IMG/VR virus record: IMGVR_UViG_3300019765_000010
Location: 1-37,019 of that record
DNA from: a virus
Lineage: Duplodnaviria > Caudoviricetes
Strand: one strand, 5' to 3'
Length of the DNA stretch: 37,019 bases
Part shown: in pieces, positions 15,673 to 25,959 of the stretch
How the letters are laid out: every line of letters starts with the position of its first letter
Numbering within the stretch: the first letter of the stretch is position 1
Program-made: the position numbers and the translations under genes
The notes under the pieces: model-generated
Told to the model about the DNA's origin: nothing
Databases searched by the model: none
The model's input: only the letters and a program-made list of their open reading frames with translations

Positions 15673-18600
15673 TATAGAACACAATCAATAACTTGAATAA
15701 GTTGTGCTGGATCAAGATCGCCAATAGTTTTTCTATTTTCTTCTGCAGTTTGTATATACTCTTCAACAGGAGTGAACGATAATCTAGTTCTTGCTTTGAA
15801 CCCAACACCAGTGGAACTATTTATTTCAATAACTGGAAGAGATGTTAATCCACAAACTTCGTCTAAAACTTCCATTGCTATAATTTGTCCAAGATCATTC
15901 ATTTGAACACTCACTCTCAAATTTTCGACGTTTGGAGTAATTGTAATCTCATCTTCCGGTGAATAACCATTTCCAGTATTTAAAATATCAATATCAGTAA
16001 AACATCCAATAAATGATCTTTCAATTGAACCCTCCGGTCTATTCTCTGGTCTTGATGTATATCCCACGCCAGGATTAACTATAATAACATCTTTAACAGG
16101 TTTTCCTGGGTGGCAGTTTGACCTATCTCCTGCAGTTTTAAATGTAAATCCTCTAACGTATGATGAAATAAGTGTTCCTGGAGGTGCATTTTTTAAATAA
16201 ATTTCTGGTTGATATAAAATTGGTTGTCCGGTATCCACAATTGCATCTGCAAAAAATTCAGTTGTAGATACTACAAAATCTTCTCCAATTATATCTAATG
16301 CCGTAAATTTGGCATTAGTATCATCACCCTCTCCATCATAAAATATTATTCTTTGTTGTTTTTGATTTGGTGATGAACCAGCATCAACAATACGTGGATC
16401 ACGTCTTCTATTCAAATTTTCAAAAATAATAGGACCATATTTTTTTCTTGGTTCAACTGATGCAACAACTTGCTGTGATCCTTTTGGTGTATATCTTATC
16501 TCTCGTTGGGAGGGTGAAGCAGCTGCCTGTGTGAGTTGGGTAAAAGCAGAAGTATCAATATCTCTGGTGACAACTAAATCCCCAAGAGGAAGACCTGGAA
16601 TTCTTATTCCAGTAACTGCAAGTCCTGCTTGGTCTTGATAATCTTTCCAATCAAATTCGAATCTAACTGAATATGGTGAACCTCCTTCCAATCCTCCCGT
16701 TAACAGGTAGTATTCTCCACCTTCTTTTACAAATAAAGTTCCTCTATTTGCAGAAACAACTGAGACTCCAGTCTGTGATTGACTTCCAATTACAGGAACT
16801 GCTTCTTGAGAATCACGAACTGCTTTTACAGCAGTTCTACCAAACCAAATATCAAAACCCCTTGCTGTTTTATTCTTAACAATAACTTTTCCGTTTTCAT
16901 CCCTAAATGGTTGAAAGACTCCTCCACTTCCACCATGTGCTGCTCGTTGAGTTACTTCTGTAACTTCAATATCATAATCAGCATTATCGTATGGAACATT
17001 AAATCTGACCTGATAGTGCTTTTTATCAGGAGTCATATCGATTGTGCTATTAAGACGTATCGGTTGGAAGTCTGGAGCATTAGGAGCACCATTTAAGACA
17101 TCAAATCCAGCACTAACTTCTAAAGCTATTCCAGTATCAGTGTCATTATCAAATACATGATAAACATCTCCCTCATAAATGCATTTTCCATTTTCGTTAA
17201 ATGATCCAGTAGTATTTGGATTAAATCCAAATGTGCCAAAATTTGGATCAAAGGAAAAGTTACCATTATTAAGTTGATTTCCGTTTATTCCTCCAGAATT
17301 TCCTATCGGAGAAAAAGTTATTGGATCTAGAGTTAATGTAGTATCCCGATCATTGTCCAGTTCAACATACCCAGAAGCAAAGTTACCATTCTGACAATCA
17401 TCTATAAATGCAACAAATGGTGGAGAAGTATATCCACCACCCCCACTTCTTAAGTTGACACCAACAATTTGTCCAATTTCATTAACAATAACATCACCTA
17501 CAGCACCAGCACCACCTCCACCAAATATTTGCATTTTTGGTGGTCCGCAGTTTGGATCTCCTGCATAACATGTAAATTGATCGGCAATATTAGGATCAAC
17601 ATCTCCAAATTTTGTTCCAAAAAGTTCCATATCACCTAAACCGCTATCACCACCAAGCCATCTATCAAATCGATTCAATAAATCAGCACTTTCTCCTCCA
17701 GAAAGATTAAGACCATTCAAGAAATTTTGATACTTATCTGCTGCTGCTTCTTCTCCTCCACCCCACCATAATGCTCCGCGTGTTTTGACTGATGGACACT
17801 TAATTCCTCCAGATGTACATAAAAATGCTTCGTATCCAAGAACCAAATCAATATAATAAAATATTTGTCCAGCAATTCTACTTTCTTCGCCAAGAATATC
17901 TCCTAAACCATCTAATATTGGTTGAAGTGCCTTATCAATTCTATTTGCAATATTGTTTATCAAAGCATTTGTGAATTGTTCTGCAGCACAAAATGGTGCA
18001 TTAATCCAATTACCTATCAGTGAAAATAAGAATTCTCCAACTAGTTTGGAAAGACCGTTTATAACATCATTAATTTTACAGAATAATGTATCAATAATTT
18101 GTTTAATTGTTATACCTTGTATATTTTGAGCCATATCTGGCAGTATTTCTTCAAAAAATGCCTCTAACTTGTCTTTTATAATTTTAAGTAGCCAATTTCT
18201 TGCTCTTTGAATAAGAATTTTTAATGCGCCAGCAATTAATTCTGTCGCATTTGATACTGATTCATTTATTCCGGAAATTGTATTTAATGTGGGAGTTACG
18301 TATTCATTGTAATACCTTTTTGCATCTTTTAAATCTTGGAATACTGTTTGTAATGCGACATTAATTGTTCCAAGAGTATTCTTTCCACAAGGATCTATTG
18401 TGTGTTTATTTGCTATTGCTTTTTGAAAATATGCATATGATTCACTGTTTATGAAGGTTTTACATTCTTCAATGTTCTCCCTCATCCAATTCATATCCAT
18501 GTCTCTTCGATTGCACCCCTTTTTAAGGAGGTCATTCGTAATTCCATCCAAAGTATTTTGAGCTTCGTCGATGACAGCCTGAAATCCAGTAACATCTTCG

Positions 18601-18713
18601 GATAGATTTTGACTCTCTGCCAGAGATTGGAGGGACTTTAATTCGTCAATTCTATTTTGTAGTTCTTCTTGTTGTTTTTTTAATTCTTCAAAAGAATATT
18701 CTTCTTCTGGCAT
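15672..18713 (-). CDS. Baseplate hub gp5-like protein (middle/C-terminal part)
   Basis: 1013 aa. A Cys-containing helical region is followed by CGPP..IFGGGGAGA...GGGYTSPP and ends in QVIDCV, as in cyanophage gp5-like proteins. Confidence 0.6.
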   Translation of the reverse strand: MPEEEYSFEELKKQQEELQNRIDELKSLQSLAESQNLSEDVTGFQAVIDEAQNTLDGITNDLLKKGCNRRDMDMNWMRENIEECKTFINSESYAYFQKAIANKHTIDPCGKNTLGTINVALQTVFQDLKDAKRYYNEYVTPTLNTISGINESVSNATELIAGALKILIQRARNWLLKIIKDKLEAFFEEILPDMAQNIQGITIKQIIDTLFCKINDVINGLSKLVGEFLFSLIGNWINAPFCAAEQFTNALINNIANRIDKALQPILDGLGDILGEESRIAGQIFYYIDLVLGYEAFLCTSGGIKCPSVKTRGALWWGGGEEAAADKYQNFLNGLNLSGGESADLLNRFDRWLGGDSGLGDMELFGTKFGDVDPNIADQFTCYAGDPNCGPPKMQIFGGGGAGAVGDVIVNEIGQIVGVNLRSGGGGYTSPPFVAFIDDCQNGNFASGYVELDNDRDTTLTLDPITFSPIGNSGGINGNQLNNGNFSFDPNFGTFGFNPNTTGSFNENGKCIYEGDVYHVFDNDTDTGIALEVSAGFDVLNGAPNAPDFQPIRLNSTIDMTPDKKHYQVRFNVPYDNADYDIEVTEVTQRAAHGGSGGVFQPFRDENGKVIVKNKTARGFDIWFGRTAVKAVRDSQEAVPVIGSQSQTGVSVVSANRGTLFVKEGGEYYLLTGGLEGGSPYSVRFEFDWKDYQDQAGLAVTGIRIPGLPLGDLVVTRDIDTSAFTQLTQAAASPSQREIRYTPKGSQQVVASVEPRKKYGPIIFENLNRRRDPRIVDAGSSPNQKQQRIIFYDGEGDDTNAKFTALDIIGEDFVVSTTEFFADAIVDTGQPILYQPEIYLKNAPPGTLISSYVRGFTFKTAGDRSNCHPGKPVKDVIIVNPGVGYTSRPENRPEGSIERSFIGCFTDIDILNTGNGYSPEDEITITPNVENLRVSVQMNDLGQIIAMEVLDEVCGLTSLPVIEINSSTGVGFKARTRLSFTPVEEYIQTAEENRKTIGDLDPAQLIQVIDCVL

Positions 18714-18738
18714 TTATCAAACGCTTTTTATTTTTTTT

Positions 18739-18745
18739 TATTTAT
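18739..18745 (-). promoter_or_regulatory. T4-type late promoter (ATAAATA)
   Basis: Lies in the 31 nt gap between the two gp5-like ORFs. Confidence 0.65.
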
Positions 18746-19275
18746 CAACTCATTTTTATAGAGTTATTCATATTTGCAATTACACCTTCAAAAAGACTTC
18801 TGTCAACTCCTGTTCCGGCAGCACTTTCTTTTGCTGTTGGTGCAGGTGCTCCAGTTCTTGATGTGCAAGGATTATTTGCACGTTTTTGACTATAAGTATC
18901 AACTATTTGACCGTTTGTTGTTTGTTGTCCTTGTGAAGCAAGAAGTGTTCCAGTATTTGTTCTGGCAAGAACTCCAGTAATTCTTGGAATTAGACCTTCA
19001 CTATCCATAAAATATCCACAAACATTTTCTCCACCACGAATACCATGAGATAGACGAGTTTTAGTGCCATGAGTTGTTGGCATTACAATTGTGGCATATC
19101 TTAAATCTTTATTTGGTATAGTAGCATCAACAGAATCACATCCTTTACCATTTGGTAAAGTTGAGAAAAAGATTCTCACCTTTACTCTAAATCCATGTCC
19201 TCCCGTGCTTGTTTCATTATCCTCTGCATCAGGAATTACTTGACCTTCCCAGTATCCTTGCGGTTGTTGCATCAT
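18745..19275 (-). CDS. gp5 N-terminal OB-fold domain protein
   Basis: WEGQV...FRVKVRI...DLRYATIVMPTT...GGENVCGYFMD...PRITGVL matches the Gp5 OB-fold pattern. Confidence 0.75.
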   Translation of the reverse strand: MMQQPQGYWEGQVIPDAEDNETSTGGHGFRVKVRIFFSTLPNGKGCDSVDATIPNKDLRYATIVMPTTHGTKTRLSHGIRGGENVCGYFMDSEGLIPRITGVLARTNTGTLLASQGQQTTNGQIVDTYSQKRANNPCTSRTGAPAPTAKESAAGTGVDRSLFEGVIANMNNSIKMS

Positions 19276-19277
19276 AT

Positions 19278-20516
19278 CTAACCTATTCCTTTCTGATTAC
19301 CGTAAGTATCTCTGACAATTGTTAAAGAAGTATAAGAATCAGTTCCGTTAAATTGATGGCACAAATTCAAAATCAAATAATTTCCAACATTGGAAGGTCC
19401 TAAAACCTTTGAACTCGAAGTAACTTTTTCAAACTGACATCTTATCAAATTTCCTGCCTCCAAACTTGGATTGCAAGGTATCAAAATATTTATTGCCTGA
19501 GACATCAAAATATTATATCTCATAACAGATTTTGCTAAAATGTCCGATGGATCACTTTCTAATTCCTTACTAACTTTTGAGTCATTCATTCCTCTAGGAA
19601 TAGACATTGTATATAAACGAGTTGTATTATTTGTTGGGTTCTCGATTGATTCAAATCTACCATCACTTTCAATTCTATAAAATTTGGATTTAACAGTCTG
19701 CTCATCTTCATACATAAATCTAAATTCTGCAAAATATGCTCCAGATTGTATTAATTTGGATACACTAGGATCTTTTTTTGTTGGAGTTCCAATAATTTTA
19801 TATGCGTTTTTATTTGAAATTAAATCAGATTTAAAAACATCGGTATGAAAGTATGGGTTGTTTTGATTAACTGGAGTTTGATCCATTAGAGAATCAATGG
19901 ACCTGAAATGAAATCCACTCTTAGTCTCATAAGCAAAAAATCCAGGAAGTCCTCCAACCCGTGTTGATAGAGATGCTAAATGTGTAATAATATCATATGG
20001 TTCTCGATTTGATCCAGTGAAAGATTTTGGATTTGAAGAATTTTCAATATCAAGTTCTTCTGTAGACATATTAAGTTTTTCTGTTACAATTTTTTTAACA
20101 GAATTACTAATTTGACCATAAAATTTTTCAAAAACATTATTTTCATAATTCAATTTGTATGTGGGAGAAACTAATCTTAATGCTCCATATTCAGTAGTAG
20201 AATCACTTGACAAAATAACAGAATCATCAATTTCTAAAAATTTCCTGCCCTGAAAATCAATAGATCCCATAATGTTTTCAAATTTAAATTGAACTGATCT
20301 ATCAGATCCACGTATAACAGAATCTCGTAGTGTTCCTGTCCTCTCCTGAATATCAAATGGATCTATTGCACTATTTCCAGTATCGGCATAAGTTAAATTT
20401 GCAGTAATAAATGGAGACAATACACTCTCATAGTAATTAAATGTAGCAACTTTTGTCTCAAAAGAAATTCCACCTATTGTTATTACCCTATTTGCTTGTA
20501 AATTTGCTATTGACAT
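19278..20516 (-). CDS. Baseplate hub protein (gp27-like)
   Basis: YYESVLSPFITA...GFFAYETKSGFHFRSIDSL...LEAGNLI...GNYLILNLCHQF...LTIVRDT; immediately upstream of gp5-OB. Confidence 0.7.
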   Translation of the reverse strand: MSIANLQANRVITIGGISFETKVATFNYYESVLSPFITANLTYADTGNSAIDPFDIQERTGTLRDSVIRGSDRSVQFKFENIMGSIDFQGRKFLEIDDSVILSSDSTTEYGALRLVSPTYKLNYENNVFEKFYGQISNSVKKIVTEKLNMSTEELDIENSSNPKSFTGSNREPYDIITHLASLSTRVGGLPGFFAYETKSGFHFRSIDSLMDQTPVNQNNPYFHTDVFKSDLISNKNAYKIIGTPTKKDPSVSKLIQSGAYFAEFRFMYEDEQTVKSKFYRIESDGRFESIENPTNNTTRLYTMSIPRGMNDSKVSKELESDPSDILAKSVMRYNILMSQAINILIPCNPSLEAGNLIRCQFEKVTSSSKVLGPSNVGNYLILNLCHQFNGTDSYTSLTIVRDTYGNQKGIG

Positions 20517-20520
20517 CTAA

Positions 20521-22128
20521 CTAACCTAATGGAATTGGCATCGGAACTACTTGCTTTTTAATTACAAAAATTCTTTGTAGTGCTACAGTTGAATTTTCAC
20601 CTTCACTCATATCTTCTCCTATACTTCTATTTAACCGCACTGGCATCAATTCTGAACCACCTTGACCACCTTGACGATTAATTGCTGTCACATTACCACC
20701 AAATCGAAAATAATTATTCATTACTTGACTTGGTTTTGGGTATGCGTATTTCCTATCATACGTCATTGCTCCACCGTTCGGATAATATTCAAAGTGAACA
20801 TGAGGTCCAGTTGAATCTCCTGTGCTACCTTCCAGTCCCAATAACTGCCCAGCTTTAATTTTTTGACTTGTTTGAACATTAACTGATTGGAGGTGACCAT
20901 ATCTAGTTTCTGCTCCATCATCATGCTTCAAGACTACAGAATATCCATATCCATCATCTAACCAACCAGAATGTATTACATGTGCATTTTGAGCAGAAGA
21001 GACTGGAGTTCCTGATCCTGCTGATACATCAACACCATTATGCCATCTAGTGCCGCCATAGATGGGATGCGGCCGCATCCCAGCATAACTAGTGATAGTA
21101 GCATTTGATGGTAATGTTCCGCCAGTAACTTTTGCTTGTGGCGCAATACCAATTAGTCCACCTGGACCTAGACCACCTTGACCTGGAGTAGTAGACCCTG
21201 AACCAACTACCACTAATCCTTGTGCCTCTTTTAATTTATCAACAACATCTGCAAAATTTCTTTTGTTGATCTTATCCTTTCTTAAGAGTGCTCTTTGAAG
21301 TTTTACATTAGTTCCAAATTTAACAAAACTATTAGAACTTCTTTGCGAACCTTTCGTAGCAAGACTTGCAGAAGTTGAAGATCTCGAAGAACTTTGTTGT
21401 CCTCCAACTGTTCCTCCCTCTCGCATCTTTTGGACTGGAGTCACTGTCGGAGCACTATTTTGTTGAACTGGAGATATAGGTGTAGATTTGGGAGGATTGG
21501 GAGTTAACTCTGGTTGAGTTGGAGGTTCTGATGGTTCAATCGGAGTTGTATCAGAATTCTCTTCTTGCGAATCTAAATTTGTTTTTCTTATTTCTGCATT
21601 AATATCGCTCAATAATTTATCCTGCTCTCCATCTAAAGTGGATAATTCATCTTTAATTCCTTTTAAGTTTTTTTCAGTATCTTTTTGCTTACTTTCAGTG
21701 AAGAAATTAACTATATCTATAATTCCAAGTATACCTTTTCCTATTGCTTCCAGTATAAATTTTGTCCCATCAATAATCCACGGATTATCGTCAAAAAATG
21801 TTTTAATTGAATCTATGATAGATGGTAAATTATTAAGAATGATTCCTGCTAAAATCAATCCAAAGAATTCCTTTATTTTATCAAAGAAACTCATCGGTGC
21901 TTTTGCAATTCTCGATGCCACATTACCTATAGACCTTCCAAAAGATTTAAAAGGTGCTTCTATTCTACTTTCTTCACTAATTCTATTTTTTCTTTCAGAC
22001 TCCTTTCTAATAAAAGTTTTTTTGGATTTTTTTAATTGTATAAGTTTTTTATTCGAATCAATTAATAGACTCTTAATATTAGTTGCATTTAGTTTTAGTT
22101 TTTCTGATTCTTGTTGTAATATTTTCAT
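20521..22128 (-). CDS. Tail/baseplate-associated protein with M23 family peptidoglycan endopeptidase domain
   Basis: Coiled-coil N-terminus; HNGVD (HxxxD), YGHL and GSTGDSTGPHVHFE (HxH). Confidence 0.9.
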   Translation of the reverse strand: MKILQQESEKLKLNATNIKSLLIDSNKKLIQLKKSKKTFIRKESERKNRISEESRIEAPFKSFGRSIGNVASRIAKAPMSFFDKIKEFFGLILAGIILNNLPSIIDSIKTFFDDNPWIIDGTKFILEAIGKGILGIIDIVNFFTESKQKDTEKNLKGIKDELSTLDGEQDKLLSDINAEIRKTNLDSQEENSDTTPIEPSEPPTQPELTPNPPKSTPISPVQQNSAPTVTPVQKMREGGTVGGQQSSSRSSTSASLATKGSQRSSNSFVKFGTNVKLQRALLRKDKINKRNFADVVDKLKEAQGLVVVGSGSTTPGQGGLGPGGLIGIAPQAKVTGGTLPSNATITSYAGMRPHPIYGGTRWHNGVDVSAGSGTPVSSAQNAHVIHSGWLDDGYGYSVVLKHDDGAETRYGHLQSVNVQTSQKIKAGQLLGLEGSTGDSTGPHVHFEYYPNGGAMTYDRKYAYPKPSQVMNNYFRFGGNVTAINRQGGQGGSELMPVRLNRSIGEDMSEGENSTVALQRIFVIKKQVVPMPIPLG

Positions 22129-22131
22129 TTA

Positions 22132-24171
22132 TCAATCTCCAAATCTATATCCTTGAATTTGATAATAATTTAATGCTACATTTAGGTATTCATTAGTTGA
22201 ATCATGTGAAGATATTACTGGAATTTTTTCATTTTTGTCAGTGAATGTTGGCAATTCAATATCATCCGGACCAGAATTCATTACAATTGGTGGAAGTTCA
22301 ATTAATCCTTTCTTTCCTTCATTTTTTTTAATATTTCTTGATACTGGTTTTGGAGTTATTGATGGTTTCATTCCACCCATTCCACCACTATCAGTATCAG
22401 AATACCCTGCACCAAAAAGACTTATAATACTTCCAAGGAAAGGTTGCTTTCTTTGATCAGATACCGAAGTTCCACTTAAGTAACGTTTTTGTTTTTGTGC
22501 GCTTTCAACAAACATATTTCTAAAATCCTGAAGTGCTGTTGCAAACTCATCATTTACTGCAAATTGATTCTTAAATAGTTTTTCTTGTATATCAACACCA
22601 TCACTAAAATCAGACCAAGATCTTCCACCATCATAGTTTATATTATCAAGAACTGGTCTGAATTTGTTAGAATCTATTTTATTGACTACGTATTCATTAC
22701 CTTCAGCAATAACAGGAACACCACCTTGAGCATGTGATGGTCCTTTTAGCATTCCACTTAGATAACTTGCAGGAGTATTTCCTCCTTCCATAAACGGAAT
22801 GACTCCACCATCTTTGTATTTCTTTGGATCTCCTTCTTTGGACATTTGTTCCATTGCAGGATCTTTCTTTTTGCCTCCAAAGAATACATCGTAAAGTTTT
22901 CTTCCTGCAAAATCACCAGCAATGCCACCAATAAATGTTCCAATTGGTCCACCAATAAATGTTCCAATTGCTGCAAGTAAACCAGCACCAATTGCACCAA
23001 ATGCTGCTCTGCCTGGATCTTCTCCAAGTGCGACCGACAGTGCAAAATCCATTAATACGCCAATAACTGGAATTCTCTTTAAAATTGGGCGAGCAAATCT
23101 TAAGAAGGATTTTAATATACTTTTTTGTCCAAAACCCATACCTATGGATCTCAGAATTCTTCTTCCCATCAATTTTGCATTAACTTCAACACCTTGAAGT
23201 GCTCTGTTTAAAATTCCTTTTTGTCTTTTAATTACATCAAATTGTCTATCATATTTTATAGTTCCTCCAAGTCTACTTCTTCTCGATAAAGTTCTAGTTT
23301 CGACAGTTCTTGTAATATCAACGTTACCCCTTCTTTGCCCTGCGGCGTTTCTGAATAATCCTCCACGTCCTCTTTGTGCTCCTGATTGACCGCCAGAACT
23401 AGTACCTCCGACACGATTTCTTGGTAAAATTCTTAAAAACTGTAATAGTTTTCCTATACCACGAACAACTCGAACAACCTTATAAAGAACTCGTAGTGCA
23501 AGACCACCTATAAGTATACCTGCAAATATTTTCCAATTCTCTGCAAGAAATGTAAATACCTTTCCTACTTTTTCTCTGTTTTCTTTATCTTTTAACCAAT
23601 CAAATGCCGCATTAACTACAATTCCAGTCAGAATCAAACTAAAAAATTCAAATATTTTATCAAATATTCCTTTTACTGGTTTTGCAACTTTAGTAAATGC
23701 ACTGGTAATATTTTTTCCAATCTTACCAACAGTTTCTAAAGATTTTTCCTCTCTCCCTCTTCTAGATGCCTCTTTTTGTTTTTTTGTAGATTTTAATATT
23801 TTACTTTCTTGTTCGATTCTGTTTTTGAAATCCAAAGAAAGTTGTTTTTGGATTTCGACTAAAATTTCGTTAGTTTGTCTTAACGAACTTGCAATTGATG
23901 GAATATACGCATTAACAACCGATTGGTCATTCTGAACTGGTTGACGACCCTCTGCTTGTATTCTTCTTTCATTTTGAACTGGTTGAAGACCTTCTACTCT
24001 TATTCTTCTGGATCTAAACTTAAAAGTAGATGATTTTAATTTTAATGCTTGTTTAGATCCACTAACAGGAGAAGATGCCGCAGATGTTCCGCGCAAAACT
24101 GAAGAAGAAATATTCTTCTTACTAAGTTTTGGTATGGATGGTGCTCTAAGAATGGGTTGATTAAATTCCAC
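22132..24171 (-). CDS. Tape-measure/gp29-like tail protein
   Basis: Helical, with hydrophobic segments and a Gly-zipper (IGTFIGGPIGTFIGGIAG), then GPSHAQGGV...EGNEYVVN; next to gp51 and gp26. Confidence 0.6.
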   Translation of the reverse strand: MEFNQPILRAPSIPKLSKKNISSSVLRGTSAASSPVSGSKQALKLKSSTFKFRSRRIRVEGLQPVQNERRIQAEGRQPVQNDQSVVNAYIPSIASSLRQTNEILVEIQKQLSLDFKNRIEQESKILKSTKKQKEASRRGREEKSLETVGKIGKNITSAFTKVAKPVKGIFDKIFEFFSLILTGIVVNAAFDWLKDKENREKVGKVFTFLAENWKIFAGILIGGLALRVLYKVVRVVRGIGKLLQFLRILPRNRVGGTSSGGQSGAQRGRGGLFRNAAGQRRGNVDITRTVETRTLSRRSRLGGTIKYDRQFDVIKRQKGILNRALQGVEVNAKLMGRRILRSIGMGFGQKSILKSFLRFARPILKRIPVIGVLMDFALSVALGEDPGRAAFGAIGAGLLAAIGTFIGGPIGTFIGGIAGDFAGRKLYDVFFGGKKKDPAMEQMSKEGDPKKYKDGGVIPFMEGGNTPASYLSGMLKGPSHAQGGVPVIAEGNEYVVNKIDSNKFRPVLDNINYDGGRSWSDFSDGVDIQEKLFKNQFAVNDEFATALQDFRNMFVESAQKQKRYLSGTSVSDQRKQPFLGSIISLFGAGYSDTDSGGMGGMKPSITPKPVSRNIKKNEGKKGLIELPPIVMNSGPDDIELPTFTDKNEKIPVISSHDSTNEYLNVALNYYQIQGYRFGD

Positions 24172-24346
24172 CAGATTGCTGCTGCTCTAAACGTTGTTTT
24201 TCAAGATAATTTTGAAGTAATGCAACATATACTTCTCTTTCCCATGGAAGCATATTTTCAATCTCAGTTAATGAATATTTATGGTACTGTATCAAGGCAA
24301 AGTTCGTCTCATAGTATGACTCTAAAGAGTTATGAGCCATACTCAA
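24161..24346 (-). CDS. gp51: Baseplate hub assembly catalyst gp51
   Basis: YYETNFALIQYHKYSLTEIENMLPWEREVY. Confidence 0.85.
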   Translation of the reverse strand: MSMAHNSLESYYETNFALIQYHKYSLTEIENMLPWEREVYVALLQNYLEKQRLEQQQSGGI

Positions 24347-25065
24347 CTGAAAAAACTTGCTAGTCCCTCCAGAATGATATTATTTGTAACACCAGTATTT
24401 GGATTTTTGACCTTGACTGAATGAGAAAGTTTTGGCATCGTTGTAAAGAAGGTTTCAATTTCTTTAAACTGCTTGGTATTCATTTGTTCAATGAATTCTT
24501 TTAATTCTTTTTGTGTAGAGTCAGATGCTGGCCAAGACTCCTCTTCATTATAGATCATATCAATACAAGATACAATCATATCCAAAGATTTGTCAACATC
24601 GGCATCATCTTCATTATATTCAAAATTACTTTGAACAAATTGATCCAGTGAAGGATACTTCAATTTCAAAAACAAGTTGTCATCCAGTTTAATTGTATCA
24701 GCATGTTTTTTATCCTTTTGAACTTTAATCGTATCAATATCAATATCTAATGTGACTTTAGTTTCATTATCATCAGGACAAGTTACATTAACTTCAATTT
24801 TTTCTCCAACAGATTTAGATCTAATATTCAAGAAAATATATTCGATATCAAAAGTCGCTAAATTAATAACCTTGATTCCGCGTGTAATAATACAACTATT
24901 TAAAATATCAACAACTGCATCAGTAATCTGTTTCATGTCTTCAGATTCAAGTGCCATAAGAAGAATTTTTTCTTCTCTAACTAAAAATGGTCTGTATTTA
25001 ATCTTTTTTCCAGTCGATGGAATCTCCAACTCATATGTTGGAGTACTAATTTTTGGTAAAGGCAT
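24343..25065 (-). CDS. gp26: Baseplate hub subunit gp26
   Basis: MPLPKI..PTYEL..PSTGKKIKYRPFLVREEKILL...FDIEYIFLNIRSKSVGE...LEGLASFF; ATAAATA at 25094-25100. Confidence 0.9.
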   Translation of the reverse strand: MPLPKISTPTYELEIPSTGKKIKYRPFLVREEKILLMALESEDMKQITDAVVDILNSCIITRGIKVINLATFDIEYIFLNIRSKSVGEKIEVNVTCPDDNETKVTLDIDIDTIKVQKDKKHADTIKLDDNLFLKLKYPSLDQFVQSNFEYNEDDADVDKSLDMIVSCIDMIYNEEESWPASDSTQKELKEFIEQMNTKQFKEIETFFTTMPKLSHSVKVKNPNTGVTNNIILEGLASFFS

Positions 25066-25134
25066 AATAACCCATTATAAGTTCAGTTGTGATTATTTAT
25101 TATCCCCCAAGATAAAAGAATCTGCAAAATAGAG

Positions 25135-25959
25135 TTAAAAAAGAGGATTGTCTCGAAAAGGAATAACTGGTTTTTCGATTCCGGATGGTGTCCCTTTGAG
25201 GGTTTTACCATTTGTACCCGCTACTTTTCGAACCTTACCTTCAACTCCTGGAACTTTTTGTGCTCCACCACCAAAATCAAATTCCGGTGTAACATATTCC
25301 TCATAAGATACACTATAATAATCATAATTAAAAGTAACTGATACTTTCATTATCTCCCCTTGTCCGTAAGAAATTGGAGTACTTGATATGGATTTTACAA
25401 AAGCATTTCTCAATTTATATCTTAACAGAGACTGAGTATCTTTTTCAAATTTTATAATAGTCACTCCCTGCGGATGTTTATATGAACCTGGATAATTCAT
25501 TCTTCTATAATATCCAAGATCAAAACTGGACATGCTAATACCACTACCATTAGAAGAATAATCCATCCATGCTTCAAAAAATCTATTGACTTTGTAATTT
25601 TTATCAGCATAAAAAGTCAACTCAATATCGGTATATATTCTGCTATGAGCAAATTCTTCAGTCAAACCCATGAAATTATCTTTTACTTCAGAGGTTGCAA
25701 AAGCAGATGCGGGAATAACTGCATCAGAACATAATAAATTCAAATCTCTCGTGTAAAAATCTTTATTTACCTGTGCATCAGAAAAAAACTTTTGGATTGT
25801 ACGATCCCTCTCTACGTTCGGGGGAATTGGAAATTCTGAAATTTGTAATTGATAATAATTAGTGGTTGCTAAATTGCCAAATAAGGTTTTGACCTTATTC
25901 ATACCAACATTCGCAAACGCAGAAATTCCCAAGTCCGGACTACTACTGGGTATTGACAT
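25135..25959 (-). CDS. Tail tube initiator gp54 / gp19-fold protein
   Basis: LLCSDAVIP...IELTFY...FFEAWMDY...YKLRNAFVKSISS...VSVTFNY tube-fold pattern. Confidence 0.7.
   Translation of the reverse strand: MSIPSSSPDLGISAFANVGMNKVKTLFGNLATTNYYQLQISEFPIPPNVERDRTIQKFFSDAQVNKDFYTRDLNLLCSDAVIPASAFATSEVKDNFMGLTEEFAHSRIYTDIELTFYADKNYKVNRFFEAWMDYSSNGSGISMSSFDLGYYRRMNYPGSYKHPQGVTIIKFEKDTQSLLRYKLRNAFVKSISSTPISYGQGEIMKVSVTFNYDYYSVSYEEYVTPEFDFGGGAQKVPGVEGKVRKVAGTNGKTLKGTPSGIEKPVIPFRDNPLF

Noticed and set aside
21638-23197. + strand ORFs of 73-172 aa
   Set aside because: Antisense shadows of the M23 and tape-measure-like genes.
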